Part shown: positions 17,968-26,101 of the stretch, piece after piece
Position numbering within the stretch: position 1 is the stretch's first letter
How the letters are laid out: each line of letters begins with the position of its first letter
Notes under the pieces: model-generated
Told to the model about the DNA's origin: nothing
The model's input: only the letters and a program-made list of their open reading frames with translations
Database searches by the model: none
Translations under genes and position numbers: made by a program
Assembly (NCBI GenBank): GCA_038896535.1
Contig: JAWACY010000004.1
Span: forward strand, 1-26,101
Length of the DNA stretch: 26,101 bases
DNA from: Candidatus Anstonellales archaeon
GTDB lineage: Archaea > Micrarchaeota > Micrarchaeia > Anstonellales > J096
Reading direction: 5' to 3'

Positions 17968-19047
17968 TTATTTTAATCTTGCCAGCGCTAAGGCAATTGC
18001 AGCATCTCGTGTATATCTTTCTCTTTTTCTAAGCACAAGTTCTGTATTTTTTCTTATTTTTTCCTCAACAAGCTCAAACATCTGTTCTTTTTTCATGCCT
18101 TTAAGCTCTGCATAACTGCTTATCACGCCGCCAGCATTAACAAGAAAATCAGTCATTACTATTTTCCCTTTATCCTCAAGCTTCTTTTCTATCTCTTCCT
18201 TTATAGGCACATTTCCCGCCTCTATGATGTATTTTGCTTTTACGTCCTGCCAGTTCTTTTCATTTATTGAATAGGGCCTTGCGCCAGGAATCAATATATC
18301 AACATCAAGGCCAAATAATTGCTCCTTTGTCAATACCTTTCCCTCATATGCTGTTACTGTATTTTTAATTTTTTTTATTTCCTCGAGTTTTTTTATGTCA
18401 ATACCTTCACTATTATATATTGTTCCCTTACTGTCGCTTACAGCAACGATTTTGGCCCCATTTTTATGCAGATATTTTGCTGTAAAACTTCCAACATTGC
18501 CGAATCCCTCTATTGCAACGCGTTTTCCTTTAATATCTTCGTTGAAATAAGAAAGCATTGTTTTTATACATATAAAGACTCCATAACCAGTGCTGCCAAG
18601 TTCATGGGGCAAGCCATTCATATTTTCTGGTTTTCCTGTTGCGGCATTATTACCAAGTTCATTTGCAATTATCGCCATTTCTTCTTCGCCAGTATTCATA
18701 TCTGGGCCAGGGATGTATAAGTTTGGCACTATGCCCTTCATTTTCTTTGCAAAAGCCCTTATAATATCTTTTTTATTCTGTCCTTTCTTTATTCTTATAC
18801 CTGCTTTTGCCCCACCAAAAGGCAGATCTGCTAAAGCTGTTTTGAAGGTCATTGCCCTTGCCAGCAAAGCAATTTCATGTGCGCTAACATCCTCAATTGC
18901 TCTTATGCCGCCTTTCCCTACGCCTCTTTTTGTATTATCTATTATTATTATTGCCTCTATATCCTTTTCTTTATCATAAATCTCTATTACATATTCTGGG
19001 CCGATATCATCTTTTTTATACATAAAAATTCCATTTTTCTCATCCAT
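17968..19047 (-). CDS. gdhA: Glu/Leu/Phe/Val dehydrogenase, probably glutamate dehydrogenase
   Basis: GKGGIR, MTFK, LPFGGAKAG, PGPDMNT, STGYGV, IEGFGNVG, EAGN, DFLVNAGGVISSY. Confidence 0.9.
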   Translation of the reverse strand: MDEKNGIFMYKKDDIGPEYVIEIYDKEKDIEAIIIIDNTKRGVGKGGIRAIEDVSAHEIALLARAMTFKTALADLPFGGAKAGIRIKKGQNKKDIIRAFAKKMKGIVPNLYIPGPDMNTGEEEMAIIANELGNNAATGKPENMNGLPHELGSTGYGVFICIKTMLSYFNEDIKGKRVAIEGFGNVGSFTAKYLHKNGAKIVAVSDSKGTIYNSEGIDIKKLEEIKKIKNTVTAYEGKVLTKEQLFGLDVDILIPGARPYSINEKNWQDVKAKYIIEAGNVPIKEEIEKKLEDKGKIVMTDFLVNAGGVISSYAELKGMKKEQMFELVEEKIRKNTELVLRKRERYTRDAAIALALARLK

Positions 19048-19126
19048 AAAACCACTACATACATACTTTTATAGATTATAATTCTTGCATATGATTTATA
19101 AATTCTCCCATAAAATTTAAATTAAT

Positions 19127-20293
19127 ATGAATAAGAATTCGTTCAAGAACCTTTTTCCTCTACTAAAAAACAGACACATTATATATTTTGATAATGCAGC
19201 CAGCACACAAAAACCATTGAGTGTTATAAATGCAATGACAGAATTTATGCAAAATCATTATGCAAATGTTCATAGGGGGTTTTATGAACTGGCATTGGAG
19301 GCAACAGAAGCATATGAAAATGCAAGAAAAAAGGTTGCAAAATTCATAAATGCAGAAGAAGAGCAGATTATATTTACAAAGAATGCAACAGAAGCAATAA
19401 ATGCTGTTGCTTATGGATTAAGAAGAAAGTATAAAAAGGCTTGCGCATCTATTGCAGAACACCACAGCAATTTTGTGCCTTGGCAGAGGCTCTATAGATT
19501 TAGCACAATGCCTATAAAGACAAATGGAGCAATTATAACTAACGTTAAGGGCAATGACATATATGCTTTTCATCATGTTAGTAATGTAACTGGTTACATA
19601 AATGACATAAAAGAGATTGTTGATTTCATTAAAGAGCAAGATGCAATATCAGTATTGGATGCTACACAATCAATAGGGCACATCCCCATAGACGTAAGAA
19701 AGAGTGATGTTGACTTTCTTGCTTTTAGTGGACATAAAATGCTGGGACCAACTGGTATAGGCGTTTTATATGCAAAAGAACCTATTTTAGAGCCATTTAT
19801 ATATGGCGGAGAGATGGTAGCAAGAGTAGAAAAAAGAAAAACAACTTTTAAAGAAGCTCCTTATAGGTATGAAGCTGGAACGCCACCAATAATAGAAGCA
19901 ATAGGTTTAGCTGAAGCAATTAATTATTTCATAGATAAAGAATATGTTGGGTATGATAAAATAAAAAACATTGAATACAGATTAAATAAAAAAATGCATT
20001 CCATGTTTGAAGAATTTGGTATTAAGTATATTGGGTATAATGGAGGGATAAAAAACAGAATTGCATTATTTTCATTCAATATAGAGGGATTGCATAATCA
20101 TGATATCGCTTCATTATTTGCTAATGAAAACATAGCAATAAGGGCCGGGCATCATTGCGCACAGCCATTACATCATTTTCTTAAGCTTAAAGACGGGAGC
20201 GCCAGAGCCAGCCTATTCTTTTATAATGATGAAGACGAGATTGATGTATTTTTTGAAGTCATGGAAAAAATATTGAGGTTAAAAAATGGTTGA
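19127..20293 (+). CDS. sufS: Cysteine desulfurase SufS
   Basis: YFDNAASTQKP, ANVHRG, EHHSN, FSGHKMLGPTG (PLP Lys), EAGTP, IRAGHHCAQP (group II signature). Confidence 0.95.
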   Translation: MNKNSFKNLFPLLKNRHIIYFDNAASTQKPLSVINAMTEFMQNHYANVHRGFYELALEATEAYENARKKVAKFINAEEEQIIFTKNATEAINAVAYGLRRKYKKACASIAEHHSNFVPWQRLYRFSTMPIKTNGAIITNVKGNDIYAFHHVSNVTGYINDIKEIVDFIKEQDAISVLDATQSIGHIPIDVRKSDVDFLAFSGHKMLGPTGIGVLYAKEPILEPFIYGGEMVARVEKRKTTFKEAPYRYEAGTPPIIEAIGLAEAINYFIDKEYVGYDKIKNIEYRLNKKMHSMFEEFGIKYIGYNGGIKNRIALFSFNIEGLHNHDIASLFANENIAIRAGHHCAQPLHHFLKLKDGSARASLFFYNDEDEIDVFFEVMEKILRLKNG

Positions 20294-20663
20294 TGAAGAT
20301 TTTTTTGAAAATTATGAAAGACTTATAAATATATATAAAAGGCCCAAAAATGCAGGCAAATTAAAGGATGCCAATGTAATCATACATGAAAAAAATGAAT
20401 CTTGTGGTGATGAAGTTAAAATATACCTGCTTGTTAAAGATGGCATAATAATGGATGCAAGTTTTGAAGGAGAGGGTTGTGTAATAAGCAAGGCATCAAC
20501 CTCTTTATTACTTGACCACTTAAAAGGAAAATATATGAAAGATATTGATAACATTGATAAAGCCTTTATTTTCTCCTTGATTGGTATAGATTTATCAAAA
20601 AATCCTTCAAGAATAAAATGTGCAACGCTTGCATTAAACGCATTGAAAAAGAACTTGAAATAA
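20286..20663 (+). CDS. sufU: SufU/IscU-like Fe-S scaffold or sulfur-transfer protein
   Basis: NESCGD, GCVISKAS, RIKCATL (three Cys plus Asp); overlaps the sufS end. Confidence 0.92.
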   Translation: MVDEDFFENYERLINIYKRPKNAGKLKDANVIIHEKNESCGDEVKIYLLVKDGIIMDASFEGEGCVISKASTSLLLDHLKGKYMKDIDNIDKAFIFSLIGIDLSKNPSRIKCATLALNALKKNLK

Positions 20664-20740
20664 ATACTGTGAATATATAACAACATGTCAATATGAAAAC
20701 AAGAAAAGATGGATATTAAAAAACCAAGCCATATTATATT

Positions 20741-21769
20741 ATGGAGTTAAAGTACTTCTTTTCTGAGTATTACAAAAAAGCAAAATTTTATATAAATAAT
20801 ATTCACCAAAGGGAATTTGCAATAGGTTTTAATGAGAAAATAGAGAAAAGGCACTTGGCATTCTTTTCTGAACAAGAATTCAGGCATTTTCTTGTCACAC
20901 ATACGCCTTTCTATGTTAGCAATTCAATTGCTTATTATGAAAGGCCTGGTGCTGAGATGAAAGAAAAGGGGTTCATAAAAGCAGAGCTTGCATTTGATTT
21001 AGATGCTAAAGAAGGGTTGGACAAGATAGATAAATTAAAAGCACAGGTAAATATGATTTTAGATATTTTAAAATATGATTTTGGAGCAAAAGACATCTTA
21101 TTAGCATTTTCCGGCAATAGAGGGTTTCACATATATGTCAGGGATGAAAATATCATGCAACTAAATGGAAACGAGAGGAAAATATTGCTTGAGTACATAT
21201 TAGGGAGCGGGTTTGATTATGAAATGCTATTTAATATTAATGGACAAAAAATTGTTGGCCCAAAACCAACAGAAAGCGGCTATAGAGGCAGGTTTGCAAG
21301 AAAAACAATAGAAATGATAAAAAATAATAAAGCATTTGCAAAAAATTTTGGAAGAGATGAAAATGAGATAAACGACTTTTTAGATGGAATAGAAAACGGC
21401 CTTTGGAGTAAAACAAGAAAAAGAAATATTATTGAAAAACTTAAGCCTGTTAGTGATGCTATAACAATTAAAGAGAGTTTTATAGACCCGCCAGTCACAT
21501 ATGATTTAAGCAAACTCATGCGCGTTGTAAACAGCCTGCATGGCTCAACAGGTTTTAGGGTTCTGCCAATAAAAGACATAGATGCTTTTAATATTCAAGA
21601 TGCATATGCATTTTCAGATGAAAAAATAGAGATCGTTGCATCTGATGATATAGAACCAAACAAAGTAATAGATCTAAAAGAGAAAATAAAAAAAGGTGGC
21701 ATATTAAAAGTTCCCCTGTATGCCGCAATTTTTTTAGTATGCCAGAAAAAGGCAATCATAAAAATTTAA
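20741..21769 (+). CDS. priS: Archaeal DNA primase catalytic subunit
   Basis: QREFA, ELAFDLDA (DxD), FSGNRGFHI, IDPPVTYDLSKLMRVVNSLHGSTG. Confidence 0.95.
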   Translation: MELKYFFSEYYKKAKFYINNIHQREFAIGFNEKIEKRHLAFFSEQEFRHFLVTHTPFYVSNSIAYYERPGAEMKEKGFIKAELAFDLDAKEGLDKIDKLKAQVNMILDILKYDFGAKDILLAFSGNRGFHIYVRDENIMQLNGNERKILLEYILGSGFDYEMLFNINGQKIVGPKPTESGYRGRFARKTIEMIKNNKAFAKNFGRDENEINDFLDGIENGLWSKTRKRNIIEKLKPVSDAITIKESFIDPPVTYDLSKLMRVVNSLHGSTGFRVLPIKDIDAFNIQDAYAFSDEKIEIVASDDIEPNKVIDLKEKIKKGGILKVPLYAAIFLVCQKKAIIKI

Positions 21770-21794
21770 ATTTTATATTGTTTATTTATGTTGT

Positions 21795-23123
21795 TTAGCC
21801 TATATGTTCATCAATAAAATGAAAGAATGCTTTCTCATTATTTATTGTGGCCTTATAGTATATATTTATTATCGGCTTGTTTATCATTATCCTCTTTTCT
21901 AAATCTGTTGGTGTTGCTATTAATACATAATCTGCATTGATCGAATTTATAAATTGCTCTAACGCCTTTAATTGATATTTATCATATCCAATTGCTGGCA
22001 CAACGCTGTTTATGTGTTTATACTCATTATATATGTCTCTATAAAATCTTGAGTTGCTTACATATTTTCTTGCATCTATTATATTGGCCCCCATTTTTTT
22101 AGCATATACAAAACCTGCCCCATATTCTCTGTTTCCATGCGTTATGCTGGGGCCATCTTCTATTATGAGCACATTTTTTCCTTTTATTTCAATCTTTTTG
22201 TCTTGATAAACATCAAACTTCATGTAAAAAACCTTTGCTCTTTTATTTAACTCTCTTGCATGCATTTCAATAATCTCTTTTCCTTTTCTGGCTTTTTTAT
22301 TAATATTATATTTACTTATGATTATTAAATCTGCATTCAAAAAATTTACCATGCCGGGATAATATTTTATCTCATCATTAGCCCTCATAGCATCTGCAAT
22401 ACATATCCATAAGTCGGACTTTATAAAAGGAAAATCATTATTTCCACCATCCCATAAGAGTATATCATGCTGTTTTTCAGCTGTTGCCAAAACCTTTTTA
22501 TAATCTATGCCAGCATAAACAGTAAAACCATTTCTTATGTGTCTTTCAAAATCTTCTGCTTCCTCTATTGTTAAATGCTTCAAATCATCAAGCTTTTTAA
22601 ACACTTCAATGTCTCTATTAAGATTCCTATAGGGCATTGGGTGTCTTATTATACCAACATTAAATCCTTTTCTTCTCAAATATAGAGATATAAGTTCAGT
22701 TATTGGACTTTTGCCACTGCCTGTTCTTGTTGCTGTTACTGCTATTACCTTCTTCTTTGACTTTAACATCGTTTCTTTTCCAAGTAAATGAAATCTTGTA
22801 TTATTTGCAATTGATATCGATGCAATTTTCATAACATGATCAAATGGCACATCTGAATAAGAAAAGAAGACATCTGTTATTTTGTGCTTTTTTATTACTG
22901 CTTCAATATGTTTTTCTTTATATATTGGCACTCTATAACCCAGATACTTAGATGGGAAAAATTTTTTATTTATAGGCAATTGACCATGTGTAAATGCTGC
23001 AATATAATACTCATCACATATCATCATAGCATTATGAAAATCCCTTCCAGCAGCACCCAATATTAGCGCCCTTTTAAGTATTTTTCTGCTTTTTTTTATC
23101 ATGCCATCTTTTATTGCTGACAT
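21795..23123 (-). CDS. COG2403 P-loop enzyme (cyclic 2,3-diphosphoglycerate synthetase / arginine synthetase ArcE-like)
   Basis: ILGAAGRDFHN, TRTGSGKS, IRHPMPY, TIEE, GIDY, WDGGNND, YYPG, IEDGPSITHG, PAIGY. Confidence 0.8.
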   Translation of the reverse strand: MSAIKDGMIKKSRKILKRALILGAAGRDFHNAMMICDEYYIAAFTHGQLPINKKFFPSKYLGYRVPIYKEKHIEAVIKKHKITDVFFSYSDVPFDHVMKIASISIANNTRFHLLGKETMLKSKKKVIAVTATRTGSGKSPITELISLYLRRKGFNVGIIRHPMPYRNLNRDIEVFKKLDDLKHLTIEEAEDFERHIRNGFTVYAGIDYKKVLATAEKQHDILLWDGGNNDFPFIKSDLWICIADAMRANDEIKYYPGMVNFLNADLIIISKYNINKKARKGKEIIEMHARELNKRAKVFYMKFDVYQDKKIEIKGKNVLIIEDGPSITHGNREYGAGFVYAKKMGANIIDARKYVSNSRFYRDIYNEYKHINSVVPAIGYDKYQLKALEQFINSINADYVLIATPTDLEKRIMINKPIINIYYKATINNEKAFFHFIDEHIG

Positions 23124-23170
23124 AAAAAAATATGTGCTGCATTTTTAAATATTTTCTTGGTAGATTAACT

Positions 23171-23719
23171 ATGGCACTAGAGATAATAATTGCAGTATTA
23201 TTATTAATTTTAGCTTATATTATCTTTATTTACAACAATCTCATAGCATTAAAAGAAAGGCACAGAAATGCGCTATCCCAAATAGATGTTCAACTTAAAA
23301 GAAGGGCTGATCTGATACCAAATTTAATAGAAACTGTAAAAGGTTATATGGCGCATGAAAAAACACTATTGAAAGAAATTGCCAAATTGAGAAGCTCTAT
23401 TTTAACAGGTAACCTTGAGCAAAGACTCGATGCTGATAAAAAGCTACATGATAATTTAAAAACAATATTTGCTATTGCTGAAAATTATCCACAATTAAGA
23501 GCAAATGAAAATTTTATGCAATTGCAAGAAGAACTTGTAACAACAGAAAATAGAATTGCTTATGCAAGACAGGTTTTGAATGATGTTGTATATATTTTTA
23601 ATGCTAGAATAAAACAGTTTCCAACAAACATTATAGCCCGTCTATTTAATTTCACTGAATTGTCCTATTTTGAAGCTGAAGAAAAGGAAAAGCAAAGTAT
23701 AAAAATTAATATGAAGTAA
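23171..23719 (+). CDS. lemA: LemA family protein
   Basis: N-terminal TM, IDVQLKRRADLIPNLIETVKGY, AENYPQLRANENF, TENRIAYAR, FPTNIIA. ATG 23171 lies ~21 nt after atttttaaat. Confidence 0.95.
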   Translation: MALEIIIAVLLLILAYIIFIYNNLIALKERHRNALSQIDVQLKRRADLIPNLIETVKGYMAHEKTLLKEIAKLRSSILTGNLEQRLDADKKLHDNLKTIFAIAENYPQLRANENFMQLQEELVTTENRIAYARQVLNDVVYIFNARIKQFPTNIIARLFNFTELSYFEAEEKEKQSIKINMK

Positions 23720-23768
23720 ATTAATAGAGCAAGATAAATTACAAAAATTTTTGGATTAGGGAGATTTT

Positions 23769-24833
23769 ATGCCATTCTATGCAATTGATAAAAAAGAACT
23801 TTTTTCTGAAATTGAAGCGAATAAAAGGAAAGTAATATTTATATTTTTAATAACATTATTTATTTTTGTTTTAACTATTCTTACTGCCTATTGGTTGATT
23901 TTTTCAAATTTGGAGCAAGCTGGGGGTGTAGCCGGTTTACTTGCAATTGGTCTAACTATTGGTGTTTTTATTTCTTTGAGCGTAATTGTTGTTACTTGGG
24001 TTAATCCGCTAAATACATTTAACTCATTATTAAATAATGTAGACATAAAAAAACTTACAACGCCAAATACGCCTGAAGAAAAAATGCTGTCTGATATTGT
24101 TGATGAGATAGTAATTGCAGGATTGGTAGAAAAAAGGCCTGAAGTCTATATAATTGAAACTGATGAACCGAATGCTTTTGCTGTTTCAAAGGGCAATGAT
24201 TCAATAATAGGCGTTACAAGGGGTATAATAAAGCTCATGAATAGGGCAGAACTTTCGGCTGTTATTGCACATGAACTTTCACATATTTTAAATAAAGATT
24301 CAGAAGTCAAGTTATTAGCCTTTTTATTCACAAGTGGCTTATTAATTATGTTTAGGTCAGTATGGTCTAGTATGCGGGTGTTTTCGTCCGTCAGTCGAGG
24401 ATCTAGGAAAGGTGGCGGTAGTGCGCTTGTTGTTGTGGCTGGTATTATATTACTTTTAATCGCTTCATATATCATCTCACTTATACTATCATACATAATG
24501 AGCAGAAAGCAGGAAAATAATGCAGATCTTGGAGCATTGAGGTTAACAAGAGATAAAGAGGCTTTAATAAATGCTTTAAGAAAGTTAGAGAACTATGAAA
24601 AATCCGAACAGGCTAAAAAATTAAAAGCACAAACATCATCTTTTGAAATGGCTCAGAAAGCATTAGAAGAACAGGAAAGTGGGATTCAAAAAGAGCCTTA
24701 TAATGAGATAATGCCATCTTATATGTTTTTCTGGAAACCTCCAAAGTTATCTATGATGTTTACAATGAATGAAATATTTTCAACACACCCCCCACTAAAT
24801 GAAAGAATAAAATACATAGAAAGTGTTTTCTAG
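23769..24833 (+). CDS. htpX: HtpX-like M48 membrane zinc metalloprotease, copy 1
   Basis: PNAFA, VTRG, ELSAVIAHELSH (HExxH), SRKQENNAD, FSTHPP; downstream of lemA. Confidence 0.93.
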   Translation: MPFYAIDKKELFSEIEANKRKVIFIFLITLFIFVLTILTAYWLIFSNLEQAGGVAGLLAIGLTIGVFISLSVIVVTWVNPLNTFNSLLNNVDIKKLTTPNTPEEKMLSDIVDEIVIAGLVEKRPEVYIIETDEPNAFAVSKGNDSIIGVTRGIIKLMNRAELSAVIAHELSHILNKDSEVKLLAFLFTSGLLIMFRSVWSSMRVFSSVSRGSRKGGGSALVVVAGIILLLIASYIISLILSYIMSRKQENNADLGALRLTRDKEALINALRKLENYEKSEQAKKLKAQTSSFEMAQKALEEQESGIQKEPYNEIMPSYMFFWKPPKLSMMFTMNEIFSTHPPLNERIKYIESVF

Positions 24834-24909
24834 TTTCTTAATGAATGATGATCACTGATTGATTGGTATTAGGGGAGTTATTGGAGCTGGCGTGGAAGTT
24901 TATATAATT

Positions 24910-25055
24910 AAAAGCAAAGTATAAAAATTAATATGAAGTAAATTAATAGAGCAGAATAAATTACGAAAATTTTTGGATTAGGGAGATTTTATGCCATTCT
25001 ATGCAATTGATAAAAAAGAACTTTTTTCTGAAATTGAAGCGAATAAAAGGAAAGT
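24910..25055 (+). repeat. Near-identical 146-bp direct repeat of 23688-23833 (lemA 3' end, intergenic region and htpX 5' end)
   Basis: aaaagcaaagtataaaaattaatatgaagtaaattaatagagca...ttagggagattttatgccattctatgcaattgat...aaggaaagt at offset 1222, with only a few mismatches. Confidence 0.9.
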
Positions 25056-26101
25056 GGAGCTTATATTTTTAATAGCATTTTCTACTTTTGTTTTGGCCAT
25101 TCCTGCAGTCACTTGGTGGTTGTTTGTGCCTGCTTTAAATAATGAGAAGATTGAACCTTTACTTATTTCGCTTTTAACTTATTTAAGTATTTTTATGTGT
25201 CTAGCAGTCATTATTTTTATGCGGAATGATCCGCTAAGGGGGTTTAAACTGATATTAAATAAGATGCAAGGTATAATACAACTCACAACGCCAAATACGC
25301 CTGAAGAAAAAATGCTGTCTGATATTGTTGATGAGATAGTAATTGCAGGATTAGTAGAAAAAAGGCCTGAAGTCTATATAATTGAAACTGATGAACCGAA
25401 TGCTTTTGCTGTTTCAAAGGGCAATGATTCAATAATAGTTGTTACGAGAGGTATAATGAAGCTTATGAATAGGGCAGAACTTTCGGCTGTTATTGCACAT
25501 GAACTTTCACATATTATGAATAAAGATTCAGAAGTAAAGCTATTAATATTTTTGTTCACATATGGCTTAATCTATATAGTTTTTCCACTTTTAGTAGCTG
25601 ATGTGATTATGGAGTGGGGCTGGAGGTCTCCCGTTAGTTCAGGACCTAAAAAAGGATCGATTAGTTGGACATCCCTTCCCGCATTACTTATTCTTTTATT
25701 TATTCTTTTATTTAGTTTTTTATTTATTACAGTTTTTGTATATATAACCTTACTTATATTATTCTTCATAGTGATGAGCAAGAAACAAGAAAGGAAGGCA
25801 GATATTAGGGCAGTGAAGTTAACAAGAGATAAAGAGGTTTTAATAAGTGCCTTAAGAAAGTTGGGTGGTTATGAAAAATCTGAACTGGAAAAAATGAATC
25901 CTCTAAAAAATGCTCTAAGAAAGTTAAATAAGTGGGTCGCATCTGAACAGGCTAAAAAATTAAAACCCGGCATAGGGTCTTCTGAGATGGTCCAGAAAGC
26001 AGTAGAAGAACAAGAAATTCAAAAAGGACCTTATGACAAGTTTGAACTTTATAAGTTTATTCCACCTTATATGTTTTTCTGGCAGCCTGAATATTTACGA
26101 C
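24991..26101 (+). CDS. htpX: HtpX-like M48 protease, copy 2 (3' end beyond window; not in ORF track)
   Basis: Manually translated open frame from ATG 24991: MPFYAIDKKELFSEIEANKRKVELIF...PNAFAVSKG...VIAHELSHIMNKDSE...SKKQERKAD...PPYMFFWQPEYLR; no stop codon before the window end. Confidence 0.92.
   Translation, partial: MPFYAIDKKELFSEIEANKRKVELIFLIAFSTFVLAIPAVTWWLFVPALNNEKIEPLLISLLTYLSIFMCLAVIIFMRNDPLRGFKLILNKMQGIIQLTTPNTPEEKMLSDIVDEIVIAGLVEKRPEVYIIETDEPNAFAVSKGNDSIIVVTRGIMKLMNRAELSAVIAHELSHIMNKDSEVKLLIFLFTYGLIYIVFPLLVADVIMEWGWRSPVSSGPKKGSISWTSLPALLILLFILLFSFLFITVFVYITLLILFFIVMSKKQERKADIRAVKLTRDKEVLISALRKLGGYEKSELEKMNPLKNALRKLNKWVASEQAKKLKPGIGSSEMVQKAVEEQEIQKGPYDKFELYKFIPPYMFFWQPEYLR

Noticed and set aside
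24845..24858. ATGATGA...CTGA resembling C/D box sRNA elements
   Set aside because: Only 3 nt between the boxes and no second C'/D pair, so there is no room for guide sequences.
23688..25535. Diversity-generating retroelement TR/VR pair as explanation for the htpX repeats
   Set aside because: No reverse transcriptase in the window; differences are not adenine-restricted and both copies are full coding paralogues.

Overview
AT-rich archaeal chromosomal segment. The archaeal-type 23S rRNA, PriS primase and TATA-box/leaderless gene starts indicate an archaeon. The unlinked, highly divergent 23S gene and compact layout suggest a DPANN lineage, most likely Micrarchaeota-like (inference). From left to right: a truncated 66-bp-period hairpin repeat at the window edge (CRISPR-like), an ankyrin-repeat gene, a Yip1-like gene interrupted by an in-frame TAG, and a 7-kb operon of six divergent paralogous polytopic membrane proteins sharing a CedA/VirB6-like motif (best candidate for an undescribed system). 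Next come a divergent GT4 glycosyltransferase, a stand-alone 23S rRNA with substitutions at near-universal peptidyl-transferase-centre positions, a ZIP transporter with a Fe/Mn SOD, and a FecR-domain protein with a CHASE2 class III adenylate cyclase. The right end carries a glutamate dehydrogenase-family gene, sufS-sufU, priS, a COG2403/ArcE-like P-loop enzyme, lemA and two tandem, mosaic htpX copies (the second is truncated by the window and missing from the ORF track). All family calls come from motifs read by eye; no database search was run.
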